From: Marsupella aquatica
Taxonomy: Eukaryota; Plantae; Marchantiophyta
Direction: 5' to 3'
Assembly: GCA_973895155.1 (NCBI GenBank)
Contig: OZ316894.1
Span: forward strand, 2,000,457 to 2,064,456
DNA length: 64,000 nucleotides
A model generated the notes under the pieces. It had not been told where the DNA came from and did no database searches. It saw only the letters and a list, made by a program, of their open reading frames with translations. Made by a program: the position numbers and the translations under genes. Shown piece after piece: positions 1 to 15,960 of the stretch (the stretch's first letter is position 1; every line of letters starts with the position of its first letter).

Positions 1-1501
1 TATGGCGTGTGGAGGGACTCCTCAATAGACGATATTGAACTAGTCTAAAATCGAGCACGCACTCTGTAGACAACTGTATGTTAGCAAGAAACACTCTTTA
101 GTCTCAACGACTTCAACAATTGCATTATATTTGAGATTCCTCGTATGGCATTAAGAAAACCACATGTCAGTCACATTACGGCCTTCTTCCCGAGGCCTTG
201 CACTCATCCATGCTAGAGTATATTTTTCATGACTTCCTATTCCTACAATGGATCAGCTGCTACCAATTCGGACGTCTTCCAAAAGTTCCACAGTAGACTT
301 AAACTTCTTACCATCTTGAATCGAGACTGTTGGAGCTCTTTCAGACCAACTAATTATTTCTGACAGTTTTGATATGTTCATGAAATAATAGTAGGCCACC
401 TGACTGGTAAGTAACGTATCCTATTAGATTGGGGTGCCTACACAATTTTGACAAGTTTTCCAACCCAGAATCGTGGCAAAGGGCAAAGGACACATAACAG
501 TAATGAGTGTTAAATTACAACTCTTGAAACGTGAGGTGGACTGAGCAGCGATCAATTGCCACTGAACAGATGACGTGCTACCATGAATTTACTCTCGATC
601 TCAGAATATCACCCACCTGGATCTGCTCCAGCCACCACTCTCTGCACATAAGAAACTCTTGATATTGAAGATAGGTTTTGAACGCTACAGTAAGTTCCCT
701 GACTCTAACAATGAATGGTCAATAACAAATTAGTTGGTACAGTGCTCTTGTCAGAGAGTACTGGTTGGCGAGCAGCTCGTCGATGCCTTTGCAAGCAGTT
801 AATATCCCAAGGTCTAGTTTCATGCATTTCAGCTCGAATTCTTGTAAATCTCGTTGTTATTCTCCCCCCACCCTCCCCCTTCTTTTCCTAGTCACTTCTT
901 TGTGCTCGATCTGCATACCAAGTGAGTGGTTCAAGTAGTTGTCTTTCCACACATCGTCTCTAAGTTCCTTTTGTTTATGTGAGGGAGGAACTCTGTGTTG
1001 CTTGGAAGCGAGGAAATTGTGGATGGGGAGAACCATTATACTGTTATCACGTACATAAGTATGCATCGGAAACTCAATACTCGAAGCATCCTTAAAACAC
1101 ATTCCACGACTAATAATGCTGGCCCTATCGAGCTTCCAAATCATGGCTTCTAATCATTTTCTCCGAATCATTTTGAGACCAAAACTAATTAAACTTTAAA
1201 CATGTGTGAGTCACTAGACAGCCTTTTGTTTTCCGTGTTAGATGTCAATCTCTTCGACTAATAACGTATTCTATCCCACAATTCAAGAGATTGACGGACG
1301 TGCATCTCATTTGGGTAAAGATATTCGAATTATCTAATCGTGATTTTCAATCGATGATCCACCGCATTGCAACATTTCTTTCTCTTCAGGTTTCTGAAAT
1401 GATTGTTGGATAATTCTAATCACGCTTGAATCGTTTCGCCATGTCCAATTGAAACCTACGATATACCGAACTTTCTCATTCAAACCCATTGACCCAGCTG
1501 A

Positions 1502-3803
<2,302 letters not shown>

Positions 3804-4500
3804 CACAACTGCAACAACCTCCAGTAACAAGGGTACGGCTCATATTAGTGCAAGACAGTTGTGAATTCGATTGAGTTTTGAGATGCCAAGCACATGCTTC
3901 TTACAGTTACCCTCAGAACATTTAGAACCTGGAACTCTTGCACTAATTGTAGAGTTCCCTGCACCAAGAAATTAGGGATGAAATGTAACAATTTGGAACA
4001 TAATACGTTCTAGACATTTCGTAAATGATTGATACCGGGAATTGATCACATAGTTATATTTGCATACTTTTGTAAGGGTGTCCGTAGCACCTAATAAAAA
4101 GCATGAAACTGAGTTAGTTACCGGGAAAACTCTGTTTCCCACTAGACATTTCTAACTGTGGATTTCATATTTTTCTTTTTGAGAATGTATGCAGATAAAT
4201 CAAAGCCAGACACCATGAAAAAAATTCTGGATTTGGATTGTTTCCAAAGAAGTCGCCATAGCCAAGAATGATGCGACAACTTCAAATAACAACCTTTCCC
4301 CCTTAGAGTATATAAAGATTAAAGCATATTCCTTCTTGCTTGTTTTTCAGAGAACACTCTTTGAATGATCACTCTTACAATAAAGCTATAGCATTGCAAG
4401 ATTCCCCAAAACTAGTTTGGCTTTATAACCACTCCTTCCATTATCTTTCATAGTGAGGATCGAGTTTAGTATGTGCATACTCTTTTGCTCAACTATTCTT

Positions 4501-4559
4501 GAATCAACGAGGCACAAGACCAGGACACAGGAATCAACCAGGCACAAGACCAGGACCTG
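4501..4559. repeat. 30-bp tandem duplication
   Basis: gaatcaac(g/c)aggcacaagaccaggac occurs twice, head to tail. Confidence 0.85.
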
Positions 4560-5363
4560 TGTCCAAGCCATTTAGAGCTAAGTATGTAGTTGATCTGGAT
4601 TAGTCAATTGTGTGGGTCAAATCAAGTGCTTCATCTTCACCAAGATCTTCAGTGCTATTGCTGCAAGGACATACTACTGTTGTATTACTTAATACTACTC
4701 TCTTTTATCTAAGGGTGGTAAGATTTATTCAAAATAAAGTTATTGTTTAATCCCTAATTCCACAGTGTGAACATTAAGAATCCGCTTGTCATCAATCCAA
4801 TCAGGGTTTCCTTTTCCATTTTGGGCAGGGGACACTTATGATGCTCTCAGAAAGTTCGACGCACTTAGAAAAAAAAAAGGTCCTTTCACATTATGACTGT
4901 TAGATGTGTGTGGTCATGTCTAGGCCATTGACTTTGTCAAATTTGTCACTACAATTTTTTTTCATAAACCTATTTGCGTAATGTTCAAGGCACTTCACCT
5001 GGTAGCAAATATATATGCGCAAACATTTGCACAGAAAGCAAACACTTAAGCCAATCTTTAATTTCTAGCCAGGAATTGCTTACTCCATGGGTAAACATTA
5101 AGTGTACTTCGAGGGTACTTTTTGCTTACACCTGCCACAAACAAGCCAACAATGCACTGTCACACACCAGAATCACGAATGACACATTATGACTATATCA
5201 TTCTTGCTCGTCCCATGAAATCATGAATTGTGACTGTATAAATGCCCCAGACTAGATGTTCACCATTTTGAGATATAAATTTATGATGTGTCAGATTTTG
5301 ATTCACCCAAATGTCTGTTTTGTCAACTACTACCCTTAACAACAAACAGAAGTGAACTCCAAG

Positions 5364-5542
5364 GAGAGATATGCTTAGTAGACCCCCTTCTGGAAAAAGT
5401 TTGCTTAATCAACCCCCTCCATACTTTTCCCCAATCTGGACCGTTGGGGGACCTTTCAATCTCAGATCTGGACCATTGATAGACCTCAGGGGGTCGATCA
5501 AGGAACAACTTTCATTTTGGGGGTCAATCAAGCAAATACCTC
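5364..5542. mobile_element. Mutator-like MITE, 179 bp, 10-bp TSD
   Basis: Perfect direct repeat gaactccaag at 5354-5363 and 5543-5552. Long imperfect TIRs (gagagatatgcttagtagacccc vs reverse complement gaggtatttgcttgattgacccc). G-starting long TIRs with a 9-10 bp TSD are typical of MULEs. Confidence 0.85.
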
Positions 5543-8500
5543 GAACTCCAAGAGACAAGACAATAAATAATTATTGCAGAACCTGAAGTGCTGTCGATGA
5601 TCCAGTTGAGAGTAGACAGTTCAAAATAAAACACGACAGAGTGGCCGGAACAGTTTTCTAGGATCCTGAATGAGTTCTTACTTTACACTTTAATAATAAG
5701 ATGCAAGTTGATCTCTGGCTCAATCGTTCATTTTTGGTAGGATCCTCCACCAAGCCAATGAAGATCTAGGCATCGTTTGGTTCTTTTTTGGTTCCTTGCT
5801 CAACAGAGTTTTGTGCCACTTTAGCTCAATTTGTTGAATGCTTATTTGGCGGGATCCAAGCCCAAACCTTAGTGCTTTTTCCCCATCCAAAATGCAAAAG
5901 TCCATCTATATATTCATTCCCTAGCCTGATTCATTTTGGGAAGTTATTCATCATGACCAACTGCATTTGAATTCAATTAGTACAATGTAGAATTTTGAAC
6001 AAAATAGTTCTGCTTTCTTGCTCGAGGGTTTCACTTCCACAAAAATGGCATATCACGTGCCACGAAGGATATGGTTGTTTTATTGGTTCTAAGGGAAGAC
6101 TTAATAATTTTTGTAGAAGTACAGTAGGGTCTTTGAAATTCAATTTTGAGACTTGTAAGAACATTAGGATCTTTTTAATCCAAATTTTGGAATATTCCAG
6201 GAACATTCCAACTTTATAGGGGTTTTAAAATAAAAAAAATTCTTACATTTTTAGGGGGTTTGAGGCCTAAAAACGTCGCAGGTGATAGGGAGGTCCCCCA
6301 AAAAGTGAGACCCCCGAGCTTTCTTGCAAAGTCAGAGCATTTAATCTGAATCTCATCCAAGGTTGCATACATACTCGCATACATATTAGAAAAGCTTACA
6401 CAAACATGTGGTTGGTTCTAGAAACTTGCATGGATACTCTCAAACTAAAGTGTAGCAGACAGGAGCAAGATTAATACTCTATAAATGGGTAAATGATGTT
6501 ATGGGACTCTAGTTTAATTAGCATTTGGATTGTCCGTGTCAATGGGCGTGTCAATCCTGTTTGTTATGGGACAATGGCGGCTACTGGGTCCAAGCAGGGT
6601 CGTGCAACACTTTTATTCTCTCTCTCTCTCTCTCTCTCTAAAAAAATTTATTAAGCTGACAAGGAGAGGATCAACATTATTGAGAATATATATGCCTGTC
6701 CTCACCAACAAGGATATATAAAGGACAAAGCTGACAGATACAAAAGGCAAAGGTACTTAAAACATATGCTATACATATATAGCATAGGATACCGTGTACA
6801 TAACATGCACAACCAATGCCCAAACAAAAGCTTCCCGCTATACTATTATGGTCATCAAAGTCATTGATATATCCACACAATATCAGTGCATAAGGCATCC
6901 TCAAAAGATTGCCCTAACCTTTCCCAACATAGCGGCACTGCCATCAGCAGCAACACAGCCAGAAATGCTCTATATCCATCCGCCACTCCTTGCACTAGAC
7001 AAAAGAGACAGGAGGATTCACAAAAGGAGCAACAACGCATGGCAGCATGAGAATCGTGCATTACTGGCAAGCAGCACGAAAGGCAAATAGTTTGTGAGGG
7101 ACAGAGGAAGCACTGGCAAGAGAACGTGAGCAACTGACTCACCTACAACCAGCCAGCAATTGCTCGTGCTCATAGTCATGGGCTCTCAACCGGTTCAGGT
7201 GCCAGTGACACCGCATACACGTAGCATAATTTTAGAGTGTTTATGCATAATTCTTGGATGTCTGAATGATGCCTCTATATGCACAAACCATGGGCCCTCA
7301 CTCTATGTATACTAAGTATACCCCCCTGCGCCCGGACCCCCCTTGCCTACCCCTTCTTAGTATTTTTTCTTTCATATACATTACCCTTGTTCCATGTAAA
7401 AAATTAGTTTTTGATACTTTTTTATACCCTTAGGTGACTTATAAAACTGATAAAATCTATATTTGAAAACCCATTGTGGAATGATAATAAGGAAAATCCA
7501 AGATAGGGCTCACATACAAGATCCAAAATGATGCATACAGCGCCTAGTGGGGCATACAATCACTCACACAATTTAGATGTGTTTTACCAGTTTGGCTAAA
7601 CTAGTATAGGCCAGACTACGGACAAGACATAGATCGGTAGGCAATAGGTGGGCAGTGGCAACATCCCCACAAGCATGGGCATTCCGTGCACCGAGCGTGC
7701 ACTTTACATTGGAGAGACTATAATTACAAACGGGATTACAAGCCAGATAATCAAGCTAAGATATGGGTCTAGGTACTAATAGAGTGACTCACTCGGGACA
7801 CTATGTTCCAATGATTGAGACCTTGCCACATGGCCCCTTATACAATGTCGCGTGTCACATACATTATAGGACCCCTTCGGCTGAGTTAATATGCCACGAT
7901 TTTGGAAATACCCTTCTTCCTTATAAACCCAAATTTGTATAAAGTTGCGGGTTGGTTGGTTCTAATTGAATTATAATTATTAGCCGGAAATGGATTAAAA
8001 ATACCCTTCAAGCGGGCGCACGTGTTTCCGGGATTACGTAAGCTGAGGGCCCAGGGTGCACAAATGACATGTTTTAAAATAAATAGGTGACTGTGGTGGC
8101 TTGCCTCTCTCCGGCCCATGTATCCCTGCAGCCATCTTACTAGACATTTGCTGCAGAAACATGGAACGTGAAATCATGAGCTTGAAATCCCACTTGAAGT
8201 GCTATGTCACTCCAGTGGCAGGGTCTGAATGAAGACACTAGAGATGAGAATAGATATTGTCCGTCTATTCCTGGAGAGAGATTATGGCCTATGCTCAATG
8301 TTGTGGACACACTATCAGAGTATTATTGTCACCCAATACAGACCTAGTGACAAATTTATTTCAATTGGGTAGTAGTATAAATATTCTAACAGTATGCGAG
8401 GGTGATCTAATAATGTCACAATGGAAATCTATGCACTTATATCGATAGCGATCATGTGTGAAATTCTATGTCAATGTTTTTACAAAAGAGCTTGATAACC

Positions 8501-9535
8501 AAATTGTTCATATGGCGCTGATCTACTTTCACAATTATTTGTATACTTGATGAGTATGGAAAATGTACAAAGAATGTTGTGATATGGTTGCAGAGTGAAT
8601 CAATGGAATAGTCTATATGTGATCAATATACTATCAGTATGGAAATGATTTAGGTTGATACAAAAGATTGTGGGCAAGAGAATATCCAGTGCAAATTAAT
8701 GGGTGACAAAGAAAATGAATAGAATAACCCCAATGAGAAGGCAAAAAAAAACTTCTAGAGCAAAAATGAAAACTCTAAGCCAACAAAGATATGTTGGGCA
8801 ATGCAAGAAAATCAAATGGGAGACAAAGATAAGTAAAGTTTAAATGAGGGCCAAAAGGAACATTGTCCAAGATTAAATCACCTTGCTACAACAAATGGAA
8901 AAGGAAAACTTAAGGAAAAGTACACCTCACCTGAAAAAACAGGGAAGGTGGCAGGGGGTGGGCAAGGATTCATCTTGGCCCCAAAAATTTGACTGGAAAC
9001 CCCAAGGAAAAGGGAAAAAGTAACACCCCTCCAACCCTCCAACACTATTAAACAAAGGACAGGAAAATGTAGAGAGTAAAAAACATAAACATAAACCTAA
9101 GTAAACAAATCTTGCCTAGAGAGACATGGCTATATGATAGCTCATTTGAGTAGTGACTCATTGGTCTTGGGTTTCATAGATTGATTACATTAAAAATAAC
9201 CTAAACAATTTCCTTACATCTGAAACTCCCACCCATGCTTCTTATGTATGCTTCCTATGTAGGTGTACGACATGTATCATTCATTATATTGTTCATTTAA
9301 CTTATTAGTATATTATATAATTATATAATCTGTACACATCGTCTCTTTTATTAAGAGGACTTGGCTTGCAGGAAGAGCATTTGACTCGAGAAAAATGGGG
9401 AGCAAAATCAAGAACGGAGACTGAGCACGTACTCCTGATTGCAATAGTCCCCTCCCAAGATAATAGACCCACCCCACTAGACACAATTCAACAATGACAA
9501 AAATATATAGAATGCATTTGACTGTTGAATTTTGT

Positions 9536-9536
<1 letters not shown>

Positions 9537-9569
<33 letters not shown>
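9537..9569. repeat. Poly-C homopolymer, 33 nt
   Basis: Uninterrupted C run. Confidence 0.9.
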
Positions 9570-9987
9570 TTTGTAAGCAGATGCTGAAGACTTTGACAGG
9601 ATCGGATTGCTCTAAAGCATATTGTTAGTAGGTGATTGGACAATTCAACCACCACGGTCCCAAAATGCAGATTGAAAATAAGCTAGTAGTAGACTGCTTG
9701 GAAAATCTGGCACTTGTGATAACCACTGATAATGATGCTAGTTGATAAGTTGAAGCTAACGACGCTGAGAGGAGAGGAAGGGGTAAATTCAGGGACAAGC
9801 AAGTAGGACTGGTCACCTCACCAGGGAACACCAACACGTGAACCAGGTTGATTTGTCCGGGCGAGCATTGGAAGCAACCTTAGGAGATTGGTAACATTGT
9901 TGTCTGAGAGTAAGAGTAGTTTGAAGGACCTGTCCAGCAAGGCCTTTCCAGCAATAGGCTCAAGCTAGTTAGCTATCGACATTATTT

Positions 9988-10371
9988 ACAGTGTAAAACT
10001 AATTTGGATATGCTGAGAGCACCTTTGTTGTGGCTCTTCAGGGTCTCCTGGCCCAACTAGTTGGTTATTCTGGTGTGCCGGTTGCCCGGCCTTTTGGCGC
10101 TTTTCCTGGTCATCCCCTGGGCCTGGGTGGCTTTGGTCCACTTGCTTGGTACGTTTTGGCACTTTGCCTGTGTGTTCCCTTGGCCTGGGTGGCTTTGGTC
10201 CCTTGCTTGGTTTTGGAGGGTCTCCCATACCCTTTTTGAAATGGAAAACAAACAAACAAACAAACAAACTTATCATTGGTAAAAAGAAATGGAAAATGTC
10301 TCCCATACCCTTTTTGAAATGGAAATGAACAAACAAACTTATCATTGGAAAAAAGGAAAGGAAAATCTGGC
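9988..10371 (+). mobile_element. Retro-element 3' tail (LINE/SINE-like) with 8-bp TSD and internal duplications
   Basis: Flanked by cattattt (9980-9987 and 10372-10379). Internal duplications of ggcctgggtggctttggtcc and tctcccataccctttttgaaatggaaa...aaacttatcattgg. A-rich end. Loosely similar blocks on the minus strand near 49700-49830 and 58940-59030. Confidence 0.55.
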
Positions 10372-13005
10372 CATTATTTTGTTGCCAAAGACATTTCTTC
10401 GCGAGTACCAAAATAGTGGAGAAAGTAGATTGGATAACGGCCTTTCAGGCTGAGCAGTCAGACTAATGACTGACTCAGCCGTTTCCTTGCCTTGAGGAGT
10501 TGAGGTAAGGATCTCGTACTATTAAGTGGCAAAACAGACTCTTGGTAATTCGGTATGAAGAAGAAGAGTCTGACTAGCTGGCCTGTCCGTCATCTGCCAC
10601 AGAATTCAATTAATTTTTCTAGCTCTTTATTACTGTACCGTAAGAGCTTGATCGTCACTGATATCAATCATGCCCAGCTCTTTAATTGTCCCCAAAAGTA
10701 CAGTTACTAATCGTCTCCAATTCCAGATCATCGATATTTGGGGGTCGATGGCTCAGATGATGTGTGTAAACTTTTGCCAGAACATATAGCTCATAATTGT
10801 GGATTTGAGCTATACGGAATTTGCATTGAGGTAAGCCCATTCCTTTACTGCGAACCTTGAAGCACGAGCTGCCCCTGAGGATTAGACCACTGGCCCTCGT
10901 GGATGTAAATTTATGGAGTACGTTTTTCCAGCCCACCTCTTTTGTAAACGCACCGCATTTCGGAGCCTGGCATGGTACATCTGCAGTTCTGCACTGTTAT
11001 CAACCCTCAGATCCCCAACGTCCAGGTGATCCAGGTGCGAACCAGGCTTCCCACGTAGATGGAGGTAGTTCACAGCTCACACGGCAAGCCGAGCAAGGAG
11101 CGATTGTAAGTACCACCACTTGCCTTCCAAACAATAAAAAAGCGCAGAACAGGCGTGTACAACTCTTAGGCCGTCCAAACTTGCATGGGCAGAGCATGTC
11201 ATGCCTCTCGATCACCCGGTGAAACCAGGTGTAACCTGAACTAAAGAGCTCAAGAGGACCAGAGCATGCAGGGTGGTCAAGTTCAGAGCTTGGAAAACTG
11301 AGTCTGGAGACGATCAAATCTGTCTCTGTAGACAGACTAATAAGTTGAACTTGCTTTAAACGAATTGTTTAGTTCTGCGTGATAATTATGGAGACAAAAT
11401 TCTATCAGTGTGGGCAGGGGTACCAACTGTAAACGACTGTGACCAGAGGATCCGAATGAGATATCACTGCTTCATGCAGAAAACCACCTTCCACCAGTAC
11501 CACCGCTGAATAGCTGCTGAAGGACTGTCTACGGCATTTATTGCACTTTTGACACTGTGCCTTTTATTTCAGTCAGTCTTTATGATGTCCTGTCAAGCTG
11601 CACTTTATTAGATACGGTCTAATTTCACTGTGAAGATTACAAAATCAAACTATTGTATTGGGAGTCTGGGACCTTGAGAAGTTAATTAGATTTCCTGTTC
11701 CAACCACGGAAGAAGTTTCTCGTGAATTCACTTGAGAAGTTAAACTACGGTTTTGGGGAGTTTTGGTGAGTTAATTGGATTTCCTGTTCCAGCCGTAGAA
11801 GAAGTTGTAGGAGCGACGTTATGATATGGAAACATGGATCCATGAACGACTTTGAAGATCGTACATTTGTAATTTGTAATAAGCACGGGAATTTACTGCG
11901 CTAGGCTGGAACCGTTTGATACAGTAGCCTATGGGCTACACTTGTGCATGATCTTGCCTTTAATCTGTCCAAGTAATATATTCCGAACTCGTTTTTTCTT
12001 AACGCTGCATACATGACGTTGCTGCGTACATAAGGTTGTTATCTTTGCCATCATTCTACTGGGTTGCGGAGGACTTAAAAGCTACTTTATTCAATTGAAT
12101 TCAAGGCCTATCAGAAATCAGGACAGCCGGTAACAGGTTTCTGTCGATTCAATTGAATTCGATTCATGTTGCTCACCAAGGACTGGCTGTACATTCCTGT
12201 CGACGACGCTTCCATGCACCTCCTCAACGTCAAAGCCATCTGCACGTTTGGGCAGTTTCTTCTGCTCTCCTTGGGCACCCACCCAGGGGTGCCCCGCCCC
12301 GCCCCCAACTAACAAACAAACAAAACTAAAATAGTATTTGTCGACTGCGCCCCCACAGGCTCATGGTAACAGGAGAATGATGCATCTGAGCATGAGAAGT
12401 AGCATCTCGTCGACACCCAGCGGGAGTCCCAGGCAGACATTCAAGGTTCATACAATTATGATCATCATGAGAAGTAGTTGGCAATTGAAGGCTCCCCAGT
12501 CCTGGGCGTCGCAGACAGGAGCGTGTTTGGAAGCTCGCTTTGCACGTGCAGTGAACTTGCTGCCTCCCACTATGGTTGGGATTTTCAAATCGTCCCTGAA
12601 TCTGTAAATTGCGTACATTTCTAATCCCCAGCCCTTGTCCTGTAGTAGCTCAGCCTGAGCTGAAAGGCATCTTATGCCTGGGCCTGTGAGAGCAATTCAC
12701 CCCGCCTCTCAGCTCAGCTCAGCTCACTCAGCTCCCTTCAAATAAATGTAGGCTTAGCAAACGAGCAAGCACCCCAGGTCCCCAGCACAGTGGCGGGTGT
12801 AGTTCGTCGACGCAAGACTGAGCTGCGGGCGTGGTAGCTGCTGGCTGAAGGGACGGAGAGTGAGACCGTTGACACTTCGAACTCGAAATTTTTGTCAGTA
12901 GCTGTTCTCGCTCGGTCATTCCTTGTCTTGAACCAAAGGAAAGAGTACGAGGTTGCGCACGCGCTGGACAAAGAACAGGTATATCTCCTTTAATAACTTG
13001 GTTGG

Positions 13006-13398
13006 CACGTGCAGCTAAGTCTTGAAGCTAGCCATTCTTACGTTTGCAGTTCGCGTTATTCCACCTTAGACACATTCCTCCACCACCGAGATTCATGCTG
13101 TTATCGTAGAGACAGGCATCTGGAAATCCTGAATCCATCTAGCTCTGTAATGCTCGCCTTTAGTTCTGAGCATGTCTGCTCTCGGTCAGTTCTAAGGGAA
13201 AGAGTGTTGCAAAAACAGCTTACTGAATAGCACTCAGTTCACGTGCAGCTTAGTCCCGAAGCTACGCATGCATTCTTACGTTTGCAGTTCACATTATTCC
13301 ACCTTAGATATGTTCCTCCACCAGAGATGCTTGCTATTCTTGTAGAGAGAGAGGCAGCTAATCCAGCTCTGTAGTGCTCGCGTCTAATTCTGAGCATG
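13006..13398 (+). repeat. Diverged direct duplication (about 165-bp unit, period 234) upstream of the GDSL ATG
   Basis: Copies start at 13006 and 13240, both beginning CACGTGcagct and sharing cattcttacgtttgcagttc, ttattccaccttaga and ttctgagcatg. Confidence 0.85.
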
Positions 13399-13556
13399 AT
13401 GTGAAACGTTGTTGTCCGTGCGCTCTCAACGCCACTATTGGGAATGTGATTGGCATTGATCTGCTTATCGGATCGCATGCTCACCTTTACAAGTGCAGGC
13501 TGCAAGCTATTGTCAACCACTGAGCTCAAGCGGAGTGGGAAGTAGAGGTGGTCAAG

Positions 13557-15960
13557 ATGGCCGTGAAGCATTTATCGCTGCTGCTACTGCTCCTATTCGC
13601 TGGTTTCTCTACTAGGCTGGTTGATGCATCCCTGGTCCCTGCATTCTTCGTACTCGGTGATTCCACGGTCGATACCGGCAATCAGAATTACATCACATCC
13701 ATAATCAAGTCGAACTATCCCCCTTACGGCAAGGACTTTTTCCCTCCAGGACCCACTGGGCGATTCTCCAACGGCAAGCTTGCTAATGACTTCATTGGTA
13801 TGATCGATGTCAATGTCAGTCCTTACTTCATGCTCATTGTTCACTGCAGTCCGTCTTGTGCTTCGGTCTAAGATTATGACTGAACATGATGTGCATTTGT
13901 AGCTTTTAAGGTTGAGCATACATCTCTATTAAAGAAAATATAGCTGTCTTCATTGGGTTAATGTGAAATATGAACTAAGGACATGTCCTATGCTGTCTTC
14001 CATTTACTAGAGAGTACAAGTAAAACGAGAAGTTTATATAGCTGGACATATTATCTGAAAGCGGGAAATGCTGGAGAGAAGTCATAGCACGTCACCATTG
14101 CGTTAGCACATCATGTGGTCGCCATGCCTGGTGTGCTATCATCAGTTTCCAAAAGCAGCCATCTATTTTGCTCTCGAATGGGATATTTGATCTCCGCTGC
14201 TTCCAAATAAAATACAGGTGGGAGGTACAAGGAGATATATAAGTTAAGGAGTCTAACTATCAGACCACCTAGATTTCCTGCGTGCTAACATATTTGACAC
14301 AGTTAAATGCTGATCGAGCTAAGCTAACTTCGTCCCGGGTTGTTTCCCTTTGCTGGATTGCAGCGGAGTACTTGGGGCTTCCGTCCCCTGTCAATTACTT
14401 AGATCCGAAAGCCACAGGCAGCGTCCTGCTGACTGGAGTTAACCTGGCGTCATCTGGATCAGGCTTTCTTGACATAACTGGCCAGCTTTTCGTAAGTAAT
14501 AGTTTTATGCACATCTTACTCAACCGGTGCTGTTATGTCCAGGAGTTCTCATTATCATAGCCTAGTTTTTCTTGCATAGACACTTTCAGAGAAGACGAGA
14601 AAATTATGAAGTGCGGTAACCTCCAAAGTCCTGACTTCAATGTGTTCTTCGTCATTGAAATTAACAGGGGGTCATGAATCTGACGATGCAAGTTGTCAAC
14701 TTAGGAGTAGTACAGTCTGAAATAATCCAGCAAATAGGGTTGCCAGCAACACTGAAGCTATTCCAGAGCTCCGTATTCCTGATCAGCACCGGAAGCAATG
14801 ATTTTGTCAACAACTACAACATCAACCCTGTTGTTCAGAGCCAATACAATCCTCAACAGTACCAGCAGTTGGTCCTCGACAACATCAACAAAAATCTTGT
14901 GGTCCAGTTTCCACCGTATCTTCCAATTTAATTCAATTTCGGCTCTAGACTTTTGTTTGCATACTCTTAATCTGTGGTTGGGTTCTGCTACTCAACAAAG
15001 TCCTACTTCCGCATCAAAATGGAGAAGTGAGGCCGATGAGTTTATTTGCCATGTGGACTAGCGACAATTGCTAGCAATCTCACTGTGCCATGAAACGTGT
15101 GACGGATACATGCAGAGTCTATACAATTACGGAGTGCGCAAACTCTTGCTTAACTCGCTGGGTCCGGTGGGCTGCGTGCCGGAGCAGCTCAACTTCTATA
15201 ACAGCAAGGATGGCAATTGCTTGGAGAACGTCAATGGCCCACTTAGAAACTTCAACGTGGGTCTCAAATCACTGGTCGTGCAGCTGCGCAGCCAGTATCC
15301 CGACTATGAGCTTCTCTATGCCAACGTCTACGACCTTATAAAAGGCTTCATTGACAGTCCTCAGTCAGGTGGTAGGTGTACCCATGCAAGTCCCACCCTT
15401 CATTTCCTTTCCATCTGAATCCATTCAACGCCGGTGATTTGAAAGTTTCCGAGAAAGGTGAAAACGAGAGGTTTAAAATCAAGGGAGACCTGCTAAATTA
15501 GTGAACAAGTTCATGGAATGTATGAAAACGCATCCATCTGCATCTGAATGATACCAAAGTCAGGGAGTGCGGCGTTTAATCGAGAAGGGAGAATGAGTGG
15601 AAGTTGTAGACTGATGAGGTGATAATTACCTGATGATATATTTTACAAATTGAATTCAACGAACTAATAACAAGCAGGATTGGTAAAAATGCAATTATGG
15701 ATGTGGTGTGGGAAACCTGACACTGTTTTCGTGGAAATATGGCAGGCTACAAGTATGTGAATACAGCCTGTTGTGGAGAAGGGGCATGGAAAGGGCTGCC
15801 ATGTGTCAACCCGCTTAGCGATGTTTGTGCCAACGCTGACGATTATCTTTTCTGGGACCTTTTCCATCCAAGCCAAAAGACACACCAGGCCTTAGCAAAC
15901 TCAGGCATATCAGGTGGGCCGGATGAAATGTTTCCCACCAATTTGCAGAGTATTATTTGA
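13557..15960 (+). CDS. GDSL/SGNH esterase-lipase with signal peptide, 357 aa
   Basis: Exons 13557-13797, 14364-14491, 14668-14901, 15116-15371 and 15746-15960 join in frame (1074 nt). Motifs FVLGDSTVDTGN, PTGRFSNG, GVNLASSGSG, GSNDF and WDLFHPS. The exon 3 donor (GTCCAG) is weak. Confidence 0.95.

Noticed and set aside
6620-9300. LTR retrotransposon or Helitron
   Set aside because: TE-like composition, but I could not identify paired LTRs, PBS/PPT, TSDs or protein motifs.
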